A DNA stretch of 63,368 nucleotides, counting the filler. It is 4 parts of 4 records of this genome, joined end to end, with 100 filler letters (N's around TTAATTAATTAA, not from the genome) between each part and the next. Parts side by side here need not be neighbours in the genome. Positions count along the whole stretch, not along the records: positions 40,428 to 55,873 come from SRR22947725_1774; positions 55,974 to 63,368 come from SRR22947725_1780; 2 more parts are not named here. The stretch is one strand, 5' to 3'. Both the position numbers and the translations under genes were made by a program. Shown here in pieces: positions 48,881-58,360 of the stretch (within the stretch, counting starts at the first letter, position 1; each line of letters opens with the position of its first letter). The notes below the pieces were generated by a model. The model had not been told where the DNA came from, did not search any database, and saw only the letters and a program-made list of their open reading frames with translations.

Positions 48881-49054
48881 ATGTTTTTTTCAGGAAGAAC
48901 TTGGATTATCGTTATTATTCTATCTACAATTCTAGGTACTGGGATAAGAAGAGATTTACAACTTCGCTCCGCGTACGAACAATTTAAAACAAACTCAACT
49001 CTTCCAGCGGGAATAGATGCTGAGTCCATTAGTAAAGAGGCAGAATCCCGATGA
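48881..49054 (+). CDS. Small 57-aa membrane-anchored protein (absent from ORF track)
   Basis: MFFSGRTWIIVIILSTILGTGIRR... starts right after the sulfatase stop and ends in an ATGA overlap with the next gene. Confidence 0.6.
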   Translation: MFFSGRTWIIVIILSTILGTGIRRDLQLRSAYEQFKTNSTLPAGIDAESISKEAESR

Positions 49055-49419
49055 AAACAGAATATTTTTTTAGAACCCTTCGAAATCGTTGCCCTAGGTG
49101 TAATGAAGGTGCAGTCTTAGGAAACCTTTTTCACAGGCATGAGAAATGTTCTAGCTGCGAACTTGCGTTCAGTAGGGAAAACGGATTTTTTATCGGAGGG
49201 ATTCCGATTAGCTATGGATTAATTTGTGGACTTTGGATCGTTCCACTTTTGGTTGCTTGGTTGTTGGAATGGGTACCGACTGATTGGATGATTGGCCTTA
49301 GCTTTAGTGGAGCAATCGGTTTGCCTTTATTAACTTACCGATACAGTCAATGCCTATGGCTTGGTTTATATTTTACTTTTGCTGAACATGAAATGCCAAT
49401 GAACAACAAGCCCAAATAA
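49051..49419 (+). CDS. DUF983 family membrane protein
   Basis: CPRC..G...C..C, E.GFF.G and two TM helices. Confidence 0.75.
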   Translation: MKTEYFFRTLRNRCPRCNEGAVLGNLFHRHEKCSSCELAFSRENGFFIGGIPISYGLICGLWIVPLLVAWLLEWVPTDWMIGLSFSGAIGLPLLTYRYSQCLWLGLYFTFAEHEMPMNNKPK

Positions 49420-49517
49420 GTGAATTTTGGGGAAATAATTAGGGCTCCTCTGACATTACTATTGATGAAATCAGGAAAAAACTTTCTCTTATTCTGAAAT
49501 CAACTACTCCCACTATT

Positions 49518-51317
49518 ATGAAATTCTCCTATCATAAACTAATTTATTTCCTGTTTTTATTCTGCCTGACTTCTTTATTTGGCCAAGAGTCAGCTGAACT
49601 TCATCCGTGGACCGATTTGAATGGCCGGACCCTACAGGCGAAATTCATCAAGGGTAATAATACGAGCGTTACGATTGAATGGAATGGACAACGTTTTGAT
49701 TTACCCATGGATACCCTAAGTGATCAATCGAAGGCTTTGGCCAAAAAGTTTATGCAAAAGAGTGCTAGTTTTGAAAAAGTTGATGCTAATGTTCAGCAGT
49801 GGAAAGACACTTCAGGTCGAACCATTCAGGCGAAATTTATCAAGTCGGATAAATTAACTGTTACATTGAACTGGAACGGTAAGACTACCGTTCTCCCATT
49901 ATCCATGTTTGATCAGGAATCTCAAATGATGGCCTCTAGGTTACAAAGCGAGAATATAAGTGTGGCGGTATCACCCAATAGTAATCCGGTTGTGAAAGTT
50001 GATTTGAACGGTGACCTTGATCTGTTTGCAGAATATCCATGGGCAAACTCTACGGGTAAAACCGTAAGTGGACGTTTCCTTGATGTAAGTAAGGACGATG
50101 TGAAATTATCCATCAATCGTGGAACCAGGGAGGTTTCTATTCCACTCGCTTCTCTTGCCCAGGATTCTCAGAGTTTAGCTCAAAAACTTAAAATAATGCA
50201 GGTTAAGGCTCAAAAGGCGGGAGCCACCTTGGCCAAAAAAAGAAAAACGATGAAGGTTCCTGCAGTAACCGATGCGGATCTCGAAATTGAGCACGAATTT
50301 AAGGATGTGAATGGTCGTACTGTAAAGGCTCAGTTCATTGATGCTGATGATCAGACTGTTTCAGTTGTTATCAAGACAAGTTCGAGAAATGCCATTCCAT
50401 TACCCTGGGATAAATTCGATTCAGCTTCGATTGCCAAGTTGGAAGCGTTACGCCGAAAGAAACTAGAAATTTCGTCAAGGAAACCCAAAATTATCCCTGC
50501 TAAAGGAAGCCGGTTGTCTTATTATGGAAATGGAAAATATAAGGATTATAATACCGTTTTTGAGGGTGATTCCTATACCATTGGTTTACCTTATAGTGGA
50601 AGTGGATTACATGTATGGATTAATCCGGGTGCTCATAAAATGCCAGATTCTGCCAAAGGTAATCCGCTCGGCTTGAGAAGAATGACAATTGGGTTTATTT
50701 CACAATATGTGGACAGATCAGATGGGAAGCGTGCGAGAAGAAGGAGTCGGAAAATCACCAGTTTTGATTCCTCGCCCGAACCATCTCTAGATCGTGAAAA
50801 AATTACCCTAACAGGAAAGTATGAAAACGGGGGGACATTCGAATATAACATGGAAGTGAACCGTAACGGAATGCAGTTTTGGTCTAGGATTAAAGATCCT
50901 GCTGGAGAAGAATGGCCAACTTCCACAAGAGTAAGTGTTGGTCTCCATGGAGTTGTTCCAAATGTTAAGGATTTAGCGATGAGTGCGATTAAACCACAAA
51001 TCGGAGATGGTGCTTTTTATATGACCCCGGTTGAGGGAAAACGAATAAAACTTCCTTTCGATAAAAAATGGATCGAAATCAAAATACCAAGAGGTGCTTT
51101 GTCATCTCTTAAAGGAGTGGAGGTTATGGGAACCCCATATTATAATTTTAAATTCAATATTTCTCCTAATAACGGAAAGGATATGAATTTTAATTATTCT
51201 AAAGGATATGGCGGAACTTTCCCATTCCAAGGCATCAGCTTAGACTATTCCTCCAAGGAGAAAAGAACCGAAGTGCCACGTAGTCGAAGTTTGAAGGTTT
51301 CTGTAACCAAAAAATAA
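49518..51317 (+). CDS. Secreted protein with four SHD1-like repeats
   Basis: Repeats WTDLNGRTLQAKF, WKDTSGRTIQAKF, WANSTGKTVSGRF and FKDVNGRTVKAQF, each followed by a P...LS..SQ-like motif. Confidence 0.75.
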   Translation: MKFSYHKLIYFLFLFCLTSLFGQESAELHPWTDLNGRTLQAKFIKGNNTSVTIEWNGQRFDLPMDTLSDQSKALAKKFMQKSASFEKVDANVQQWKDTSGRTIQAKFIKSDKLTVTLNWNGKTTVLPLSMFDQESQMMASRLQSENISVAVSPNSNPVVKVDLNGDLDLFAEYPWANSTGKTVSGRFLDVSKDDVKLSINRGTREVSIPLASLAQDSQSLAQKLKIMQVKAQKAGATLAKKRKTMKVPAVTDADLEIEHEFKDVNGRTVKAQFIDADDQTVSVVIKTSSRNAIPLPWDKFDSASIAKLEALRRKKLEISSRKPKIIPAKGSRLSYYGNGKYKDYNTVFEGDSYTIGLPYSGSGLHVWINPGAHKMPDSAKGNPLGLRRMTIGFISQYVDRSDGKRARRRSRKITSFDSSPEPSLDREKITLTGKYENGGTFEYNMEVNRNGMQFWSRIKDPAGEEWPTSTRVSVGLHGVVPNVKDLAMSAIKPQIGDGAFYMTPVEGKRIKLPFDKKWIEIKIPRGALSSLKGVEVMGTPYYNFKFNISPNNGKDMNFNYSKGYGGTFPFQGISLDYSSKEKRTEVPRSRSLKVSVTKK

Positions 51318-51327
51318 ATTTGTAAAT

Positions 51328-52299
51328 TTATTTCCCGGTTACAGCATAAAGCGTACATGTCCATGTTGCCCCTGTTTTTCGAAATCGGTAGCTGTGTTGG
51401 CTTTGTCCACCTTTTATTTGTTTACGAGCTTCATTGTAAGCCTCTTGCTGGGAGGTTCCTTTTCCAAAGTAAGAAACATAATCTTTTTTGGGAATTGCCG
51501 GAATAGAGGTTTTTGGGTTCTTCGTATTAGGCTGACTCGAATAATTAATTATCCTAGGATTGACTTTCCGACTTTTGGGTTCTTCCCCCTTTAATGGTAA
51601 GACAGTTTTTGGTGCAGTCAGGTTTCTTTCTACAATTAAGCCGTTCTCACTGTTTGTTCTCCGAATTGAAACGCTTCTCTTATCGTAGTCTAGATTCGAA
51701 ATATGATATTTCATATAACCTATTGTAAAGGGTTTGTTTAATTCCCTACTTGAGATTTTAACAGACTCAGTTCGGTAGGATTTAGTCAGATCAAATTTGA
51801 GTATATAATCCGGTGTGAGTGAAAATTTCGTGAGACTGGAAATTTCATATGCTTCTTTCCTCAGCGGATAATCGAATATTTTAGCTGTACCAACTTTTTT
51901 AGTTCCTCCTTTAATTTCATTTTTCACATTTTCCACCTTAAATAATTCAACCAATAGAATTGGCGATTCTCCCTCAGTAGATTTTCTTAAAGATGGTCTG
52001 TTGGGAATGAATTTTTCTACTTCCACATAGGGAATACCAACTTCAATTCGGTTTCTTGCATATTTACCATTACCTGTACTATTTTTGAGGTCCAGAAGGT
52101 AGGGAGTCTCACCAATCCAACCATCAATTTTGTAACGAGATGGTTCTTGCATCAACGATGCAAAAACTAATTTGAAAGGTTCAGGTGACAAGACAATACT
52201 GGGTGGGTCTTTAAAAAGGCTAACCAGGTCATCCCAATATGTGTAAACAATTGAAAAAACAAAAAATACTACTGCAACAATGGCAAATGGTGTTCTCAC
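51328..52299 (-). CDS. Hypothetical protein with N-terminal membrane anchor
   Basis: Long AT-rich ORF with a hydrophobic N-terminus; no family recognised. Confidence 0.65.
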   Translation of the reverse strand: MRTPFAIVAVVFFVFSIVYTYWDDLVSLFKDPPSIVLSPEPFKLVFASLMQEPSRYKIDGWIGETPYLLDLKNSTGNGKYARNRIEVGIPYVEVEKFIPNRPSLRKSTEGESPILLVELFKVENVKNEIKGGTKKVGTAKIFDYPLRKEAYEISSLTKFSLTPDYILKFDLTKSYRTESVKISSRELNKPFTIGYMKYHISNLDYDKRSVSIRRTNSENGLIVERNLTAPKTVLPLKGEEPKSRKVNPRIINYSSQPNTKNPKTSIPAIPKKDYVSYFGKGTSQQEAYNEARKQIKGGQSQHSYRFRKTGATWTCTLYAVTGK

Positions 52300-52365
52300 A
52301 CTAAAATTTCATTACAGTATTATTTATTGTATACAACTCAATATTACTAATTGTAATTTTAAATT

Positions 52366-53181
52366 TCAGTCCGAAAAGCAGGCTTGCAAATTTTCCAAAC
52401 TTATTCGGGCACAGTCTTCAGGGGTGGGGTGGTAGTCAAAGGGTTCAACCGAGACCCAACCATCGTATTGAATTTCCTTTAACGCTTTTGCCACAGCACC
52501 GAGGTCGGTTGGGCCCTGGCCCGGGCCGCGGTGGTTGACGTCATTACCATGAAAATGGGCGACTTCCCAGCGGTGATCATAAATCGTGGCAATTGTTCCG
52601 GCTGGTTCATGGGCCATGGCTTTCATGTCGAGGTGCATCCGGCAGGCGGGTCGGTTGACTGCGGTGATGAACCTTCGGGCTTCGGCACAGGAGGAAAGAA
52701 AACTGGTTTCTGCTGGGGAGAGGGGTTCAACAGCAAGGGTGACTTCCATCTCGCCTGCAAGTTCGCAGACTTCACGAATGATTTCAACTGCCCGGGCAAA
52801 GGCATCTTCGTAAACCGTTCCATGTTCGAGGTTACGTTGTTGGGGGCTACCAAGAACCATAATCGTTCCGCCCATTTGTGCGGTCAGTCGGGTAAGTTTT
52901 TTGAGGTAGTCACACGCGGCCCGACGCATTCCTTCATCGGCAGAGGTGATGTGCAACCCCTCGGTCTTGGCCATTAACCAATGGAGGCCGACAATTTCTA
53001 GGCCTGCTGACTTGGCGGCATTAAAACAGCGCTCGGCATCACTTTCGTTTATTTCGAGAGGGTTTTCCTTGAGGGTGAATGGTGCAATCTCAACCCCTTG
53101 GTAGCCAATTTCAGCTATTTTGGAAAAGCCGTCCTCGATTGATAAACCCTGGAGTACTTCGTTACATAGCGCGAATTTCAT
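52366..53181 (-). CDS. Sugar phosphate isomerase/epimerase (AP endonuclease 2 TIM barrel, tagatose 3-epimerase-like)
   Basis: GYQGVEIAP, AVEPL, HLD, HFHGND and VSVEPF motifs. Confidence 0.85.
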   Translation of the reverse strand: MKFALCNEVLQGLSIEDGFSKIAEIGYQGVEIAPFTLKENPLEINESDAERCFNAAKSAGLEIVGLHWLMAKTEGLHITSADEGMRRAACDYLKKLTRLTAQMGGTIMVLGSPQQRNLEHGTVYEDAFARAVEIIREVCELAGEMEVTLAVEPLSPAETSFLSSCAEARRFITAVNRPACRMHLDMKAMAHEPAGTIATIYDHRWEVAHFHGNDVNHRGPGQGPTDLGAVAKALKEIQYDGWVSVEPFDYHPTPEDCARISLENLQACFSD

Positions 53182-53208
53182 AAATTTAATTGTGGGAGGA
53201 TTAATACC

Positions 53209-55641
53209 TCAATTTTTCTTATCCGAAAGATAGTCTTCCGGGTAACCGGGGTGGGGGGGCATAATTGATGCGGGGTGTCCTGTATCTTTGGCAAATTCGT
53301 TAAATCGTTGACCGATTTTCGCGTCTTTGGCTGGGCCGCTATGAAAAACAAAACGGTAGCGAAGTTGTAAACTTTGGCCCTTTTTAATGGTGTGCTTTCC
53401 GTTCCCTCTAATTTTGGTGGGAGCAAATGGATTAGCTGATATTAGGCCATAGTCACGGGCATGCCACCATGATTTTTCTGCCTTCTTCGTAATATTAGTG
53501 GGGTGGCTGAAAAAAGCGATGCCGGCTTCTTTTCCTTCGATGGTACCGTAATAATGTACCCAGTCTGCCCGTTTCCCCCAGATGCTTTTCCCTTCCACTC
53601 CCTCACTGTTTCGAGCCTTACCGAATACTTGTTTAACTCCGTGCTTGGGACTTGGAGTCAATCTCAGGTCAGGGTGGGTTCGGATTCCAACAAATCCATC
53701 CTTGAATTCCTCGAAGACGATATCCTGATTGGTGGCGTGCATATTGATTTCCAAATCTAAATAACGGGCAATTTCGTCTCCGCCAAATGTCATAGTACGG
53801 GTATCCGCCCCAATGGTTTTACCCTCACTATCCTTCCAGGCATTCAATGTCTTGATGAGGGCACGATCTTGGCCAGAGCGGGATTCAATGACTTTTAGGT
53901 GTTCAACAGTGCCAGAGTTTTTAAATTGGTTGTGCCAGAAACCAGCACCACTCATTACTTGGTGTCCAATGAAAATTCCTCGATGGTGTGGATGATCTTT
54001 TGCTTCGCCCGAGGTATCTTTTTTGAATGGGTAGTCCCGAAGCATACGAATATTCCCGGGCCCCTGAACTGGCCAGATGATTGGCTGGGAGAGTTTGTCA
54101 AAGTTATACTTGGCAAAGAATTCACCGGCAATGTACACATCTATTCCGTCTTTGGATTGTTTCAGTTCAGTAGCAAATTTCGCTTCCGGTCTTTTCAATC
54201 GGTTGAGCGTGTATTGAACTTGTGGGTCATTCATTGATTCTCCATTGCTGGAGAGTAATTTTGAACTAAACTCAATTTCAAAAATTCTGCCCGCTTCCAA
54301 TCCTTCCAGCTCGATTTCAAAGGGTCCGGTTCCGGTTAAATTCAGGATTTTGTGTTCTTTGTTATCTTTCTCACTCGATCCATAACGATAACCGTATTCA
54401 TAGCAAAAACTGCGGACACTTATTTTCTCGGCCAGCTTGTCCGGATCCTGAACAGGCTTGGTGAACCAAAATTTGAATCCCCGGGTGGTCGTTTTGAAGT
54501 CTTTAACATGGAATGGTGTTTTTCCATTGTAGGTAATTCTTTGCAGTCCCTCATCAGGTCTTTGCCATCCTCGGGCGGTGGAGGCATAGTAAATTGATTT
54601 GCCTTTTGCATCCATGGCAATCCGAACACCACCTGCCCGTAATTCCTTGGTATTTAGAAAAAGAGTGGATGCTCCCTGCCAGGCACCATCGACTTTTTCC
54701 ATCATTATACGGTTAATTCTACGCCCGTTTTCGTCCGGTACCAGCATCTGTCCATTGAAGGGGCCAAAGTTTTCGGTTTCGATAATAAAAGGTTTACCAC
54801 ATGAACTCATCGTTTTTCTGGTTAACTGAACGGAGGGTTGGTTGTGCAGATCATCAAGCATTTTACGGGGAAGAAAAATCGGTGTACCCAAGTTTTTCAG
54901 GTCAGGATCCCAGACCAAGCTTGATGGATGACCATTAAAGGAGCCTGGACGAACATTATAAATAGGGGAACCGCCACGCCAGTCTCCCTGGTTATCTCCG
55001 CACCAAACTTCTCCGTCCGGTGAGCGGGTGATTCCATTGTGCATACGAAAGCCACTCGCAAAGGGGGTAAGTTTGCCATTCTTGTCGTAATGAACGACCC
55101 AGCCCCGTAGATGATTCGATGAAAAATTTCGGCCCCGTCTGCCTTCCTTTGAATAGTCACCCCGGGGAGTATGAAAAGTGGGACCATTGTGGGATGCAGT
55201 GCCTAACGCGATGTAATATCCTCCGTCACCGTCTCTACAGATTGCGTTCGTTTCATGATAATTTCCACTTATTCCAAAATCGGTGGACAGGTTGTTGTAA
55301 CGGTCTGCAACTCCATCCTGATTGGTATCAATGATCTCAGTCAGTTCGGCCATTTGAGATACGAGAATATGCCCAGGTGCGACAAGCACCATTCCCATGG
55401 GGTTATGGAGACCGGTGGCAAAAACTTTCCACTTGGTTGACTTTGGGTCTTTGCCGGGTTTCGTAACCACCACATCGCCCCGACGAAGACAGGCATACAA
55501 GTTTCCGTCTTTGTCAAACGCTACACCTCCGATCTCTGGGGGCATATCGTCTGGAAAGGCAATGTTTTCAATGGTGTAACTTGAGATCGAAGCGAACGCT
55601 GATGAGAAAAGGCAAAGGGAGAGAAGAAGAATAGTTTTCAT
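53209..55641 (-). CDS. Secreted beta-propeller protein fused to a C-terminal PmoA-annotated/DUF6807 beta domain
   Basis: FATGLHNPMG, D.N.DG.AD and DNQGDW in the N-terminal part; DHPHHRG and WHARDYGL..ANPF in the C-terminal part. Confidence 0.7.
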   Translation of the reverse strand: MKTILLLSLCLFSSAFASISSYTIENIAFPDDMPPEIGGVAFDKDGNLYACLRRGDVVVTKPGKDPKSTKWKVFATGLHNPMGMVLVAPGHILVSQMAELTEIIDTNQDGVADRYNNLSTDFGISGNYHETNAICRDGDGGYYIALGTASHNGPTFHTPRGDYSKEGRRGRNFSSNHLRGWVVHYDKNGKLTPFASGFRMHNGITRSPDGEVWCGDNQGDWRGGSPIYNVRPGSFNGHPSSLVWDPDLKNLGTPIFLPRKMLDDLHNQPSVQLTRKTMSSCGKPFIIETENFGPFNGQMLVPDENGRRINRIMMEKVDGAWQGASTLFLNTKELRAGGVRIAMDAKGKSIYYASTARGWQRPDEGLQRITYNGKTPFHVKDFKTTTRGFKFWFTKPVQDPDKLAEKISVRSFCYEYGYRYGSSEKDNKEHKILNLTGTGPFEIELEGLEAGRIFEIEFSSKLLSSNGESMNDPQVQYTLNRLKRPEAKFATELKQSKDGIDVYIAGEFFAKYNFDKLSQPIIWPVQGPGNIRMLRDYPFKKDTSGEAKDHPHHRGIFIGHQVMSGAGFWHNQFKNSGTVEHLKVIESRSGQDRALIKTLNAWKDSEGKTIGADTRTMTFGGDEIARYLDLEINMHATNQDIVFEEFKDGFVGIRTHPDLRLTPSPKHGVKQVFGKARNSEGVEGKSIWGKRADWVHYYGTIEGKEAGIAFFSHPTNITKKAEKSWWHARDYGLISANPFAPTKIRGNGKHTIKKGQSLQLRYRFVFHSGPAKDAKIGQRFNEFAKDTGHPASIMPPHPGYPEDYLSDKKN

Positions 55642-55660
55642 GATTATTTAGGTCTGATGT

Positions 55661-55873
55661 TTACCGTACCGATTTGATGAACAGAATCAATGAATCGTAT
55701 TCTGCTTCTTGGAGTTTGTATGGTGGCATCATTCCAGTCAGGTACCCTTTAACAGTTTTGGCCATCGGGTTTTCAATTGATTCACGGATATAAGCTTCGT
55801 CCACAACGAGAGAGGAAGCTTTTAAAAATTCCCTTTTGGAACCGAAGGAATCTTTGAGCGTGGGACCGTGGTT
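55661..55873 (-). CDS. C-terminal part of a cytochrome c domain protein (5' truncated; absent from ORF track)
   Basis: NHGPTLKDSFGSKREF...DEAYIRESIENP.AK.VKGY...MMPPY carries the axial-Met region of class I cytochrome c; CxxCH would lie beyond the gap. Confidence 0.65.
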   Translation of the reverse strand, partial: NHGPTLKDSFGSKREFLKASSLVVDEAYIRESIENPMAKTVKGYLTGMMPPYKLQEAEYDSLILFIKSVR

Positions 55874-55973
55874 NNNNNNNNNNNNNNNNNNNNNNNNNNN
55901 NNNNNNNNNNNNNNNNNTTAATTAATTAANNNNNNNNNNNNNNNNNNNNNNNNNNNNNNNNNNNNNNNNNNNN
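55874..55973. other. Artificial contig linker
   Basis: N-run + TTAATTAATTAA + N-run. Confidence 0.98.
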
Positions 55974-56124
55974 CGAGGATCTGTGTGCTCTCTGCGTGAC
56001 ATCTTAAACTGAAACAAGTCACGGTCCATTTGGCCGGTCCGTGTATCTGGCTCACAGCCTGTCGTAGTCCGACTGCTGGTTGTGGTTTGATTCATAGTCC
56101 GCACCTGGCCGACTTGCGCCAATC

Positions 56125-57774
56125 ATGAGCCAACATCACTTTTCCGGTGCGGCCAAAGGTGCAGGCGCCTCCACGAGTAAGGTGAGGTTGAGGGCCCGCG
56201 TCCGCATGACCATTCTGTTTTCATGTGTCCGTTAACCGATCAACTATGCCTTGCCCGCAGGTCGGCGCTTCTTCGCTGAATGAGGAGGGATGGGAGCGGT
56301 CTGACTTCCCGATTTTGTGCGAGACGTGCCTCGGACCTAACCCGTATTTGCGCATGGTACTCGCTCCGACCAATTTGTCATTCATCTCTACATGATCTTA
56401 GCTGTGTCATTTTGACCTCTGCTCTGCCGTGCCGTGTGATCGGGATCGAAATCGGGTTTCCTTCACGTTATCTCCGTCAGCATTCGATTACCTTGTGTGT
56501 AGCAGAGGCTTCTTTGTATCACGTCTCACCAGTTCAATGTGATCAGAATGAAGCAAATGTCTTATCCTAAGTCGACCATTTGCTCCGTATTTGATGCGTG
56601 GGTCTCCTACGACACCCTAGCTCATGAATTTCCAATCAACACAAAACAGACGAAAGCGCAGTACGACAAGGAATGCAAGGTCTGTGCTCGCCCTTTCACC
56701 GTGTTTCGGTGGCGTCCGGGAAAAGACGCGCGGCACAAAAAGACCGAGATCTGCCAAACATGTGCGAAGCTCAAGAACGTGTGCCAGACTTGCTTGTTGG
56801 ACCTGCAGTATAACCTGCCCGTACAAGTCCGTGACCAGGAATTGGCAGAGGCTGTGCGCATAGAAATGCCGGAATCAGGGGCGCACAAGGAGTGGTTCGC
56901 GGAGCAAGCGGAGCGCCGCCTCACAGAAATGAACGACCTGCCGTACGGGAAGTGCGCACCGACCGAGACCCTGCTGCGCTTGCAGAGGACGACGCCGTAC
57001 TACAAACGGAATCAGGCACGTATATGCTCATTTTTTGTGAAAGGGACTTGCAACCGTGGTGATATTTGCCCGTACCGGCATGAAATGCCTCTTGGTGGCG
57101 AGCTTTCGAATCAAAATATGAAGGACCGATACTACGGCGTCAACGACCCTGTGGCCAACAAGATGCTTCGCGGGGTCAACAGTAAGGAGGCGGACATGAC
57201 GCCCCCTTCGGATCCTACAATCACCACCCTTTATGTCGGAGGCTTGACCGACGGCATCACAGAGGCTGACCTCAGGAGTGTTTTTTACCCGCACGGAGAG
57301 ATTGCTTCGGTGTGTCTCCGCCCTTGCATAGCCGTCCCTTTCACCACCCTCGTCTTGGTTGCTTGCTTCTTCCTTGTGTAAAACTTTAGTTCATGACGAT
57401 GGTTTGCCAACGGATACCATTCTCTTCTATCTGGTATGCAGATTCGAATCATAGAGAAGTCCAAGATTGCGTTCGTGGATTATCAAGAACGAGCGTCGGC
57501 AGAGCAAGCGGCGCATAAGCTCAATGGCCGGCTGATGGTGAAAGGCCAACGCTTGCGGCTCATGTGGGGGAAATCGCAACAAGGACACGAGGCTGCGTCG
57601 TCGTCCTCTAAGACGGATAGTGTAATTCCAACGGTTTCCATGCCATCTGTGGTGGGCCAGATGCCGATGATGCCCAATATGCCGCAGTTCCCTGCTGGAG
57701 GAGCTCCCGGATATTCCATGGCCTATCCATCCATGAATCCAACTGCCATGGGTGCCAGGCCGCAAAGAGACTGA
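56125..57774 (+). CDS. RBM22: Pre-mRNA splicing factor RBM22/SLT11; exons 56125-56181, 56261-56356, 56650-57309, 57442-57774
   Basis: [39 protein letters not shown] finger and an RRM; three phase-0 GT-AG introns. Confidence 0.92.
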
Positions 57775-58100
57775 GAAAACAAGCTGGGTTGTTTCTTGGG
57801 TTTTCTGCGGCATCATGTGAAAGGCTTGCAATTCCAAGGGAACGGGATGGGTCTGATATCACCGCCGCAGTGATTCCTTGCAGCACAATGCAGTGACTCA
57901 TGCTTCTGCCTGAAGCGGAAAAAAATATATGTGGACAGTGGCAGTCTGCCAGTAGCTATGCATTTGTCAGACTGGCGTGGTTTACATTTTCAATTCCATC
58001 GTTATCCTAATGTTACAACTTGAAGGCTTTTTTCCCTGACTGCCTCGCACCTCTTGTCACGGTGACGGAGATGAGAATCTCGAGATGTAGCAGAAAACAA

Positions 58101-58267
58101 TGAGATGAGATTTGATAGAAAGAGCGATCAGATAAAGTGAGCTGGGCACGGAGCCCTACTTACAACTGGAAACTATGAGGGTGCTGTGTCGTGGTGTTGT
58201 GATAAGATGAGATGAGATTTAATACAAAGCGGAAGAATGAGAAGCCTCAGGCGGGCACCGGGCCTAC
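58101..58267 (-). repeat. Two copies of a dispersed short repeat (possible non-LTR/SINE 3' ends)
   Basis: TGAGATGAGATTT(A/G)ATA head plus GATAAAGTGAGC.GGGCA..GCCCTAC..ACAACTGGAA body, shared with 62752-62851. Confidence 0.6.
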
Positions 58268-58360
58268 GTCATATAATTCGATCAAGAAAAAGGGAAAAAT
58301 AATCACCACTCCGGTGGCTTCTTGGCTTCTTTGGCTTTTTCCTCCTTGCTGCGACAGAAG

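Noticed and set aside
53209-54200. Methane monooxygenase (PmoA)
   Set aside because: It is a soluble beta domain carrying a historical misnomer; there are no TM helices and no pmoB or pmoC.
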